Source: Phoronis australis
Lineage: Eukaryota > Animalia > Phoronida
Length of the DNA stretch: 64,000 nt
Assembly (NCBI GenBank): GCA_002633005.1
Contig: NMRA01000234.1
Span: forward strand, 62,001 to 126,000
Reading direction: 5' to 3'
The translations under genes and the position numbers were made by a program. Positions 1 through 12,800 of this stretch are shown piece after piece (positions within the stretch are counted from its first letter, which is position 1; each line of letters begins with the position of its first letter). The notes under the pieces are model-generated. The model saw only the letters and a list, made by a program, of their open reading frames with translations, did no database searches and was not told the origin of the DNA.

Positions 1-809
1 TACCCATGCCTTTACAAAGAGTACTTAATGGTCATCTGTGCTTCAGATTCACATATGACATCACAGGTTCAAATAGGCAGGCTTTTAATATTCTTGACTT
101 GTAAACAGAAAAAGAAACTTTCAACAATAAAAATGCGAGTCTGTTTTAATGATTTTCCCAAAGATCATTCTTAGTGAACCAAGTGGTTTTTCATTTTTCA
201 TCTGAATATAAATATTGCCATATATGATAAGCTTGCAAAACTTGTTACATATATTTCGATGGAGGAGTGAAATTTGAATACTCATTTTTGTATACTTAAA
301 ATCTGCTTAAATCAGATCCATTCAAACTAAAAGATTTTATCCCAGCTAGAGTTTGCTGTACATTATAAACAGGATTGATGAAATTAACTTTCTGCAGAAC
401 ATTGTCCAAGTTTTGCAAAAATACAACTTACGAAGGTCTAACTTATACATGCGAGTTTCAGCGCTCAAGAGCCAAATAGACATTAAACTTTTATTTGTTC
501 GTGACATTTTAATTTTAGGCATTTTATGTGCCCTTCACACGCATGCAATATTTGTTCCTGTTGAGGGGAGCATCGCTGACTTGCTTTGCACCTCCTATAG
601 GCTATTTAAAGTTGGAAATTTTTAGCATAATGATCATCCGTCGTATCTTTGCTGTGTCCTATGCACACAGTGGGTGCACATTCAACTCTCTGTGTTGCTC
701 TGGTTCAGCAAAATAAGAACATTGTTAGTGTCCCGTTCATATTTGGAGACTGAAGTTCAGGTTTGTGTGTAAGTAATACATGATAATTTTATGTCGACTC
801 CATGTGCAG

Positions 810-3800
810 CACAAGTGGAGAGAATATGTGGCGAGTCGCCCAACTATAGAGGAAGAACCTGCCAGCATTGATACAAAGTCACTCAAGCCATTGAAGTATC
901 TGTCTTCAAAGTTCGAGGTAGGATGCTCCTTTTCATTACTAAATTCATTGACATTATTTCAGATATGAGAAGAACAAGCTAAAGTTTTGGACAATTAACA
1001 ATTTTTTGCTCCAAAAGTAATATTAACGATGCAATGGAACACACAATAGCTTTATTTTGAATGAATCAATGTTTTTCTATGCTACTAAGAATATGCTTGT
1101 GTTTGGAAAAACTCGTTGAAGCATCTCAGATTGTCAGAGCAGTACAGCTACTTAGTGTACTTTGTTGTATTGGGAGAGATCTACATGTAAAATATGTGGA
1201 TACAGGTGTAATCATTGGTGGGAATAAACCCTTCTTGCTAACATGTGGGGTGTTGCTAGCCAATGCCTAAGCACGCTTAAGCCAGACTGTGACTACCCCA
1301 TCCTATCAATAATTCGCACTTCTGAAGAAAACCTATTTTCTAATTTCTCTTATAATGCATCAATTTTAAAAATTTAAAGACCACTGGTATTTACTTTTCA
1401 ATTTTAAATAGTCATGTTGGCAGTTTGCCTTACTTATCGTTAAACAGGCGTGTTGGTTTACGACCGCATTTACTCTCATCCAATACGCATTTAGCCAAGC
1501 TTACTTCAATCTGTGACAGCTCGTTCAAGCTTTTGATGTTAAGGGGAATAATCGCTGGATACTCTAGGGTGAATATTGCATGTGCTTTTTCGTCTACTTG
1601 CATGTAAATCCTGTTAGAGTAAGAGTTACCTAATGTAATTGAATTTGACAAGAACATTTAATTTACTTTTGAGTGTAGACCTATAGCCACATTTACACAA
1701 GAGACAGCTGACACATAACAGCTAACTCGGAACAGCTAATTGGGTGCAAGTGACAGCCAGGTTTTGACACCAGCTTGATAGACAGTTTCAGCTACACGTC
1801 TAAACACAACTTCGGCTGGGTGGAAAGGGATCATCTTTCAATGCGCTTCCATTTGTTCAGTGGTGCGCTGGCATTCCACGTGATTTGGAAATTCGCTATC
1901 TTTTATGCGAGCATGCGCAGACAGTCTTCTTGTAAATGACTCGTGCTGATCCAGTATGCGATCTAATGTCGTGTAAATGTGACTCAAGTGGAGCAAGTTG
2001 TGCTGTGACAACTGACAAGGTGACAACTCTTTCTTGTGAATTATGTGAAACATTCAAGTTTTTTTTCTTTTTTAGAGCATGGACTATGACATATGTGAAA
2101 ATGCACTGTATGTTAAGGATCAACAGGAAATGAAGTCTTGGGTGAGCCCTAAACTTCATTGGCTTTGAACGTTAAGTTGGACAATTTGTTTCTGTTTTAC
2201 ACAAATCTGTAACATGGTAACTATAATATGGTTCGTTCGGTTGAATCATGTAAAGTTGATATAATGTATGATTTTAAACAGAGAAATTGAATATGTTTTA
2301 GGTAAATCAATGCTGCGTAGCGTAGATTAAAGGAAGCATACGCCTGCATAGCATTAGATTAAAGGAAGCATACGCCTGCATAGCATAGATTAAAGGAAGC
2401 ATTGGATGTTGTTGCCAAACTTCAGTGAAACACTGCATACCATTGCAGGTAGTTGAAAACTATGTAGAATTTTTTAAGAAAATAGTCGCTTACACTGTCT
2501 TATAAATCAAACAATGATTTCTTTCATTATTTTGAAATGGATAGACTTATCACTTGCCAGCAGATTTGCTGTTATTTTTGTGTTAAACTTTCTAGTGTTG
2601 TCATTGTACATTTCTATAGGGGGTCATGTCACTTCCAACCCTTCATCTGAGACATAAAACTCATGTACTTTTCTCCATTTCAGAGAGTTCAAATGCAGTT
2701 CGTAGCACGCTGGGTCATCGCTTTCCTCATTGGTCTTGGTACCGCTTTAGTGGCTGTATTTATAGAAGTGTCTATAGACTATATTTCTGAGTACAAGTTC
2801 ATGGGAGTAACCATGTGTATCCTTTGTTCTGTGGCAAACATTTGATCTTCCTTGTGTTGTGAATAATTGTGACATGTTTTGCGAGTCTTTGATTTCTGAT
2901 GAGTGCTTCCTTGTTGTATTTGATGTGACGTTAGTGGCCATTTTGACTTTTTCAAATGTTTTTGGTGTTTGCCTCTCTATCTGCCAAACCACTCAAAAAT
3001 TGTTTTGAGAACTTGCACATTATGCGTGTGGAATAGAGCAGGGCTGGTTTAAATTTTTGCTCGACTCCGACTACTTTCGGGGCCCCTAATATTTTTTTCT
3101 ATCGACGGCCATATCTCTTAAACGGGTTGCAGGATCATTGTTAAATTGGCAAGTGTATTTAAATAACATCGACTTTTGGACAGATCTGACTCTCACTGTG
3201 CCTCCTAGTGACAATTTGTTTTTTTTTCCAGTTTCTTTGGAGTTCACTTTGACAGATTTTCAAGAAATTTGCAAATACTAGGTACTTTCTGTTAAGAAGT
3301 CAATGAGGCCTTCCCATTTGTAGATAGATTTGATGTGTTCTCCTTCATTGTTTGGCCATTTTTAGTATTTTAACCTTTATTGTCATCTGCTGCCTTTATC
3401 TGCCAAACCGCTCAAAGGATCATTCGTGGACAAGTTCATCATCTAATGTCCATTCAGGACTCTAATAAGCAGACAATTTGTCACTGTGCAGTTGTGGGGT
3501 GGTCACATTTAAGTGTATTGCTCTTTTATTACAAAAATCGGATAATGTTCATTACTGTAATGAGGATAAACAGCTAAGCTTTACTTTAATTAGTAAAGGG
3601 TGCACAATTTGAAAGTTAACGTTTTCGAAATGACAAAGAAATTGTAGTTTTAGCAATTAAATCTGTCCCAAATGGAGGAATTTTCACCATAAACCTCCAA
3701 ACTTATACTAGAAAACTCCTTTTTATTCAAAACTCAGATTTTATTAGTCAAGAAGATATTTGTCATCATTTGACTAAAGGCTATGGACTTTAATTCCATC

Positions 3801-6800
3801 ATCAGTAATTGACCGCTGTTTTAACAAACAGTGCCTGGCTTTACCGATGTTGTTCTGGGTTGGAGTCAATGCAGTTCTGGTCTGTGTTGGGGCTGCGCTA
3901 GTCACTTACATGGAGGTGAGTCAAGTATTGGTCACATGATCTAAAATATTGTTCTACTACCAAACAGTAGATCTAACTGGACCACCTACATAGTTACCTG
4001 ACCAGTGTAATCTATTGGGTGTAGCAGTTATCCGTTACTTGGACAACATTCAGTAGACCCGAGAATCTAGCAAAATTGAAAAGGAAGACCCGTCATACAC
4101 TGCAAATAATTTTTACATCTACATAACACAGCTCAGCTCTAGCAGCCATCTGTAGTTGTCCAGTGTGTTCTGGTCTGTATGGGAGAATGACTGAGTATAT
4201 TAATTGTTTTGAGGTCTTGTCTGAGACATCTAACTCCATTACGTAAAGCTGGGATGAGTTCCTTTTTGTAACTAAAGGTGCCTAGTATTTTGCAACATTG
4301 TCAGAAGAGATGCCAGGCTAGTTTTCGCATGCAGGTTTCTTAATTACATGCCAGAAATGATTTGTGGGGGGTTAAAGAAAAGGTTAGTGAAGGCGAATTT
4401 GCAAAAATTGTCTGTGCTCACTTCGTGCATTATGAAATTGTTCTGTATTTCAGCCCAATGCTGCTGGAAGCAGTATTCCTCAGGTGAAGTGTTACCTGAA
4501 CGGTGTAAAGATCCCTGGCCTATTGACTGTTCGGGCGCTGATAGCTAAAGCTTTTGGAATTATACTGTCTGTTACTGGGGGACTGGCTTGTGGCAAGGTA
4601 CACGCTAATTACTTTCAATGGGATGCTGACCATTATACCAATCACACTATAGCTAACTGTAGTAACTGTGTTAGGAATACCTGGATATATGTGTCAAATC
4701 CCGTAGTTAATTACATGTAATGTATTATGAGGGTCACAGTTTCAGTAGTTTTAGGTATGGTGAGCATGGGAAACAGTGTTGGTGAAACTTCATTCAAATA
4801 TTGTGATAACATTCAAGTTTTTCTTTTTGATTCTATTACATTAAGGATAGCAATAAAATGTTTTGAAAAATTTATTTTGTACACGTGACATAGAGGTTTT
4901 TAGGACTGATATTTTCAGTGCCCAGTTTTGTTTGTTGTGGTTAATGTGTCTGTCTGAGAGAGAAAATAACTACCTTAATTCAAAAATGGAATTTCGAAGT
5001 TAAAATTGCCGTTAGTCATAGTTTCCTGGCTTGCACTATAGACCTGCTTTCTAGACAGTAATTTTGGATTGTTGATTTGAAGACCAGTTCAACTCTTAAT
5101 ATTATTATCTGTATTTCTTGTTTATGGTTTTTGGTTTTTAAATTTGTAGGTTGCTATCATGACCTGACAGTGTTATGACAAAGCTGAGGCCTTAGAATCA
5201 TTATTGCAGTGTCAGTCAAAATGCAATTTTGCTGTGCAGTGTTATCGGTTAGACAGTTAGTATAACTTGGCTTCATTGGATGTATAATGGGCATACTTTC
5301 AGATGATAACTTTTGCAATTTTTTGTCAGATTTATTCTAACTCTGTTTAGGAAGGTCCAATGATTCATTCAGGAGCCATTGTTGCTGCAGGAATTTCCCA
5401 GGGACGGTCCAAATTACTTAACACAGATTTCAAGGTAATTGTATGTTGAAAGCTGTTACGTAATGTGAACATAAGATTTTGAACATCTTGTCTTGCTTAA
5501 AAACCATTTTGAATGATTTCTGTTTTCTGTGCGATGCTTTTTAAAGGTGTTTTCATACTTTTCTTGACAGTTATGTTGCAAAGTTTAATTGTATGAGAAA
5601 GTCTGGCAAAAGTGGGAACATGACAAATGACAGATTTTTGTCTTGCAGTTTGCATGCTAATGTGGACTGATGAACAACTAGGCCAATTTCTGTTCATCAT
5701 TTCTTCGAAAGGTGGATTTTGGCAAAATTGAGTTACATTAGATCTGTAAATGTCAAGTGTTTTTGCCATTCTTTAGTTTACTGGTATCTAAAAGTAAAAA
5801 TTACACAATCAATAACGCAACACATTAAACAAAATTTATTGTGTCCTGAGAGACCTTGGACATGGTATTTGAAAGGTAGGCAAAATGTAACTACATGTCT
5901 ATGTGATCTTTACACCCACTCTAAACCAATCTTCTGAAACATTTGAATGACCAAGATTTTTCTAGTGTTATACAGACATTTTAGTTAGAACGATGATGCT
6001 AAATTAGTTAACCTAAAATATGTATTTTATGCTTTTTGATTCTGTGACAGCTTGCTGCACTTGTTCTTTTGTACAGTAGGCCTATGGCATTTATGAAATA
6101 AATTGATTGATTGATTGAACATTGTTTATCAACAAGAACTTGGTTCATCATGCAGTAAGAACTTGGTTCATATTCTGTACCATCCTTAATACTGTCAACT
6201 TTTTAAAATCTGTTATCATCTCTTCGCCTGTTTCTCGAAGATCTGATGCTTGTATGTATTCTAGGAAAATATGAGTAGTGAATAGCATTTAATTGCTGTT
6301 GTTTTCTTGTTAGATATTTGAGAACCTGCGTTCTGACCACGAGAGACGCGACTTTGTATCTGCTGGAGCTGCAGCAGGTGTGTCTGCAGCATTTGGTGCC
6401 CCTGTAGGTATGTCATTTGTTCCTCCTGTATGCATGTCATTTACTGCCCCTGTAGGTATGTCATTTGTTGCCCCTGTAGGAATGTCATTTGCTGCCCCTG
6501 TAGGTATGTCATTTGTTCCCCCTGTATATATGTCATTTGCTGCCCCTATAGGTATGTCATTTGCTGCCCCTGTAGGTATGTCATTTGTTGCCCCTGTAGG
6601 TATGCCATTTGTTCCCCCTGTATGTATGTTATTTGCTGCTCCTGTAGGTGTGTCATTTGCTGCTCCTGTAGGAACGTCATTTGCTGCCCCTGTAGGCATG
6701 TCATTTTGCTGCCCCTGTAGGCACATTTTCCAAAGAGTAGATTATTGTGATAGCCCAAGAAAGGACATGCCTCCACCCTTTACACAATCATTTAATGTTA

Positions 6801-9800
6801 TTTATTATAATTTCTGTTGGTGAATGTCTATTTAAGTCAATAGATGAAATAATAGTACACATACGATATAACAAAGTTAATGTTTTTATTTGATGCTGAA
6901 TATTATACGTTGTAGTCTGTGTTCCTTCTAGGTGGTGTTTTATTCAGTCTAGAAGAAGGTGCAAGTTTCTGGAACCAAAACCTCACCTGGCGCATGGTAA
7001 GAGCATTCAGCATTTAAATTGTCTTGTTTGTTTAAGTTTATGTGGGACTCTAGAAAAATGTTCAGTTTTTGTCAACACCACATCTCGAACAGAAATGACC
7101 GAATGAATTCACAGGAAACAGTTATTATGCTTTTTGTGAATAACATGTTCTCCAATGGGCTGTTATGAATTGATTTTAAAACGTCCCACTTCTGCATGAT
7201 GGGCTATCAAAAATAGGACTTATGTGATTGTTATATAAAACAAAAATGACACAATAATTTACAAAACTGCAACACCTTTTTGAGCTGGACATTTGTATCA
7301 TATGAAATTTGGTCATCTAATTGATCCTATTGTTTTTGTTTGAAATGTACATTTTGTTTTTTGTTAAAGTAAAAAACTTACAAAAGAAAATATTTCTCAA
7401 GCAGGCTTATAGATTTGCTGAGTATGAGCAGTGAATTAAAAGCACAATGTTTATTGCAACGGGTCTGTAGAAGTCCTTTCTGTTACATTATTTTGAAATC
7501 TTCAATGTCCAACTGTTGGTTGTCCTTTGGGTCCGAAGATGACGTAGGTTGTGTGTCTCATCGTCTATGTACACGACGATGACTCTGCAGTCCCAGTCTT
7601 GATGCGCAGAGTCGAGAACAGGTGGGGCATTGGAACTCCGTTGTGGTAACAGTGGTGGGTGCTGCTGAGTGGCATTTCTCTCGAGCAGCTTCGAGTCTCC
7701 TACAGCGGTCATCCTCAAAACTGGCAGTTGCTTTTCGAATCGTGGCTCGCCACTTTAGTCTATCCCCTGCAACAGCTTTCAGCTCCTTGGGTTTGATGTT
7801 GCACCACTTCAGGTTGGCTTTGACGGTGTCTTTGTAGCGAAGGCGAGGGCGTCCTTGTTTCCTTCTCCCAGTCTTCAGCTCACCATACAAAAGCTGGCGA
7901 GGCATTCTGTAGTCCTCCATCCTGATGACGTGCTAACCCATCGCAGTTGGGCTTTGAGTAGCATCGCTTCAATGCTGGTTGACTGGGCACGTTCTAGGAC
8001 CTCAAGGTTGGTGATTCGGTCCTGCCATCGGATTCCTAGGATGGAGCGAAGAGAACGCATGTGGAAGCTCTCAAGCTTCTTGATGTGCCTGCGGTAGGGG
8101 GTCCATGACTCGCAGCCATAGAGCAGAGAGGTCAGGACCACTGAAGAATACACCTTCAGTTTAGTAGACAGGCGGATGTTGTGTTTGTTGAGCACCCGTG
8201 TTCTCAGTCTTCCAAGTGCCTTGCTTATCCTGGAAGCAATCTCTTTGTCTAAGCTGCCATCTTTTGAGATGACGCTCCCCAGGTATTTGAAGTGCTCCAC
8301 ATTGAGGAGTTGCTAGTTGTTGATGGTAATGACTGGCTCCGGGGGATTGGTGTTGGTTGCAGGTTGAAGAAGCACTTCTGTCTTGCCGAGGCTTATGGTC
8401 AAGCCGAATGCTTTGGAAGCATTCGAGAAGCTGTCCAGCATGAGTTGTAGGTCATTCTCTTTGTGGGAAAGGAGCGCACAATCATCCGCAAAAAGGGCGT
8501 CCTGGATTAGTTTTTCCAGGCACTTTGTCTTTGCACTAAGGCGCCTTAGATCGAAGAGGGAGCCGTCGAGGCGATATTTGATGTACACACCCTCCTCTAA
8601 TCCCTGCATAGCTTGGGTCAACATGCACGTGAAGAAGAGGCATCTTCACCTGTTGCTTCGCCACTCCCCCATCGCTGCAGGACTTGAAAGGTGATCGGAA
8701 ATGATGAATCACACAACAAACCTGTGCGTGATGGTTTTTTAAAGTGGTAAAGCCGTTGCACTGGGACAATCCCACTCTCTCAGCTGAGTAAACATTGATC
8801 CAGTGGCACAGAAAACTGTTACGGCTGGAGGTTACCCCTGCTGCAGTGGATGACCATGACTTCTTTGGTGCCTCGTCATGCTCTGAGCACTCCACGGCGC
8901 TTGCTGAAACCGCCGTCTTGGCTATTGGACCACTTGGGGTCTCATCCACTCAGTCTGCCGGAGCCAGTCTTCACATGCTAGGGTAGGCAGTCCCTAACTC
9001 ACCGAGGGTTTGAGACCCGTCGGCTACCCTCAACCTGGTTTAGCCCGCCTGTCGAAGCGGTGTCCCGGGGTGTGGCCGCTGCGCATGCTACAGCTACTTG
9101 GAGCCACAGGTGAGAGCTGAGGACAGGTGGGGACCAAAGGTGGATGAACTACCCCCGAAGGAGTACGACAAGCCCCCCCACCAGAGGTACTACCCCTCCG
9201 TGGATCCTCCATACACCCCCAATGTCCAACTATTGTATTATTATTATGCAGTACAACAGAACTATATGTGATCTTGGTTTTAAGCAATGGTTCTTGTAGC
9301 TCTCATAGTTCTTAGAAAGCTGTGTCAATACAAACTAAGTGTTGTTTCCATAATGGAAAGTGGTCTTTGCCTTTCTGGTATGACATCTTTCATGCTGTGA
9401 CAATAACCTATATGCCAAGCTTTGAATTCTTTTAAACTAAATTCTCTCAGATTTTGAAACAAATGCAATGTCTGGAATCAATACAAAAGTACAACTGATT
9501 ACATTTCCCTGAATGATTTTTATTTCAGGTAGAAGTTGTTTGATCCACAACAGTAACTATAATTAGTTTGGACCTTCGCTTGTCTTTGTAGGTGTTTGCC
9601 TCTTTCACAGCCTCATTTGGTGTCAATATCATCATCAGTGCTATTCACAACACTCCTTCAGAGTTATCTCACCCTGGTCTCATCAGCTTTGGCCTTTTCA
9701 AGGTAAGTTTGCAATGACGTTGTCTGTATCTGGACATGTTGTTCCCTCCAAATCTCCTGTTAAATCACATCTGCAAAAACGAAAATGGTCATTCTTGCAT

Positions 9801-12800
9801 GGTTTCACAAAAGAGAAATTCTTTCATTTTTTGTGTTTAAATTTGTTGTAACGTCATGCTTTTGACAAAAATAAAATGTTGATGATAGGGTAACACCACA
9901 ACTATAAATAGATCAATGGTGCGCTCACATGCTCCATTGTCATACTTCTTGCAATTTTACTTCTCAAATAATACTATCTGCATTACTTAACATTCCAGGC
10001 TCAGCTATTCAGCTATCCTTAAAGGCTAATAAAACAATTATCTCTCAGCCAAGACCATAAAGCAGTGTATGGTTACTCAGTCCAACTAGGACAGTTGCAC
10101 AGCTTAGACCAAGCTTCACAAAAAACTGCTTTCACAGACCTTATATTTGTCATAATGCTGTGTCAGAGACTGTGGTTGTCCCTAGCCAGAAGACACACAG
10201 TGTAAGCTGTACTTGTCAATAGGCCGAAGTAGCGTGGATTGGTCGGGCATTCACTTGAACCAAGGACCTTTAACACGGAATTTAAAAAAATCTTGGGGTG
10301 GGTGTTTGTGCAGGACTTGGGTGATTGTAGGGAAATTTTGACTGAAAACAGAGAGAAATATGTTATCAGCACATGTTGTCATAAATTTTACTGATATTAT
10401 TGGTAACACTATCAATTTTTCTTCACTTCACTGAAATAAGCATGAGGACGCCTCTTTGATGATGAGCTGACATCTTAATGCTCTCTATATGGCCCATATC
10501 TATATGGTCCATCTCTATGTGGCCAATCTCTATATGGCCCATCTCTATGTGTCCCATCTCTATATGGGTCATCTCTATGTGGCCCATCTCTATGTGGCCC
10601 ATCTCTATGTGGCCCATCTCTATATGGTCCATCTCTATGTGGCCCATCTCTATGTGGCCCATCTCTATGTGTCCCATCTCTTTATGGCCCATCTCTATGT
10701 GGCCCATCTCTATGTGGCCCATCTCTATGTGGCCCATCTCTATATGGGTCATCTCTATATGGCCCATCTCTATGTGGCCCATCTCTATGTGGCCTATCTC
10801 TATATGGCCCTTAATGGCCTATCTCTCTTTTTTTCTCTTTCTTACAATGCACATTGAGAGCGTATTAAGCACTGGACTTGAATGGAATTGAGAGCAATGA
10901 TATAATCTTCAAAGAAAATAATGAAAAGCAAACTCTGTTTTGCAGAAGGAGACTACTAGATATGAAGCTATAGAGTTACCCATCTTCATTGCCATGGCGA
11001 TAGTAGGAGGCATCTTGGGGGCATTGTTTGTTCATCTCAACTACCATCTGACTCTCTTCAGGAAGAAGTAAGGCACAGCTGTAGATAGTGATTTATGACA
11101 TCACGGTGGATACAAATTAGAATTTCGATTAATATTCATGAGGACTCTTACAACTCTAGCTGTGACTCAGTGGCTTCTTGCATGGCATGGCTGTGTTGTA
11201 AACACTGCAAATGTGCATAAATGCAATTTTTTATCCTCGCCCATTTTAAAATGCTTTGCATTGTTTTACAAAGATGTGTGAGGTGTGACTATTTGTGACC
11301 TAGGTATGTCACCCGCAACTGGCAGAAGCTGGTAGAAGCCTCTTGTGTGGCAGCTGTCAGTGCTGTGGTCATGTTTATCTTCCTCTATATCTCTGTGGAA
11401 TGCCAGCCAATGACAGAGAAGGACGCACACGCACATAACTTGGCTCAGGTGGGGTTTATGTATAGTGCTAAGTTGCAATACAAATACAACAAAGGCTTAA
11501 GAGTCAATGAAATTCCGAGCCATGCCTTGTGCTCTTGCAGCCTAATGGTTGTAGCCAAAGTTTCATTTGTGTATAGGTCCATCATATGTATACAGATAAA
11601 AATGACATGAAGTGCTTATAGTAGCAGAAATGGAGAATCCTACACTCATCTCTGGTTTATAACATCGACACGAACTTCTAGTTGCTGTCTAATTTTCATT
11701 TTCATTGCAAAGTAACAACTGGATAGTGTAACCAGTCATCTGATGTTCAGTTGAGGTGACCCACTCCACAGTTTGTATTATGCTGCTATAAATATGAGAT
11801 TTATGTTGCAGATGTGGTGCCCAGATGGTCAGTACTCCTCCTTCTCAAAGTTAGCTTTAGTCACACCAGAGGCCGCTCTGAAGAACATGTTTCATATGCA
11901 TGCTGGTTTGTAATAATTATGAAATGTATCAATACAAGTGTTAACTCAAAGATTGTAGTTTTTAATTGTCTTAAAATCTCTTTGTATTTGTCTATACGTG
12001 ATTTTAACTAAATATGTTTTTTTACAAAAAGTAAGTCACAGGAGTAACCAGTGGGGTTCCACAGGTGCGAATGCACCTTCCCATGGATTCCTGAGGTCCA
12101 CTGCACTCAATGCACTGGCCACTTTAGATCTCCCTAAGTTGGAATAACTTTGTTTCTAATTGAGTTTGAAGAATCAGTTGACGACCTGAGGAAAATTGGT
12201 CAGTTAGTCACAATTTCGCACTGGTCCGTTGTAATAGCTGGGCGCGCATGTATTTGTACAGTTCTTCAAATGTATTATTGTAATCATGAGGTGTTTGTAG
12301 TCACATGACAGTGGAGGGCACGTTTTTTTTATCTTCCACTCCTGGCAATAAGTGCCTTCATAGCTATGCTGTTGTCTTCTTCTAGTTTGAGTTAGGGGAA
12401 ATTAACTTATTACCTGATGAGTGGATTGTAGCTTAATTGCACATGATACTTTAATATTAATTCTTTTCTTGATTTTGCAGGTACTTATAGTCAAGGCTTC
12501 CTGGCAGTGTTTGTCATCATATACTTCCTGTTGGCTTGTTGGACGTACGGACTAAGTGTATCCAGTGGAATATTTATACCTTCACTTCTGATTGGTGCCA
12601 CTTGGGGGCGCCTCATTGGAACTGGTGTCAGCCACTTGTACCCAGAACAGGTGTGGCCATGGTTGCCATCGGGATTTCTTATGAAGTAAAATTGACATAA
12701 AAATTAAGCACAAGTCACAATGAAATAATCAGTGTGTATTTCTAAGTCATGCCATTTTCATCTGTTATACCTGGGAGTAATTATAGTTTTCTTGACATGC

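Noticed and set aside
353-625. ORF upstream of the first recognised CLCN7 exon as a possible N-terminal exon
   Set aside because: No recognisable CLC-7 similarity or convincing splice pair; cannot be supported without transcripts.
6310-6726. Minus-strand ORF with NDIPTGAA repeats resembling an antifreeze or mucin-like protein
   Set aside because: It is the antisense reading of the 24-bp intronic minisatellite and the adjacent CLCN7 exon; no independent gene structure.
8536-9287. ORFs 8536-8949 and 9030-9287 as an RTE ORF1
   Set aside because: They overlap the structured 5' UTR, cross the TSD or deletion junction, and show no protein motifs.
10423-10891. His/Met-rich GHIEM-repeat ORFs suggesting a metal-binding protein
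   Set aside because: A 15-bp minisatellite open in several frames on both strands, lying inside a CLCN7 intron.
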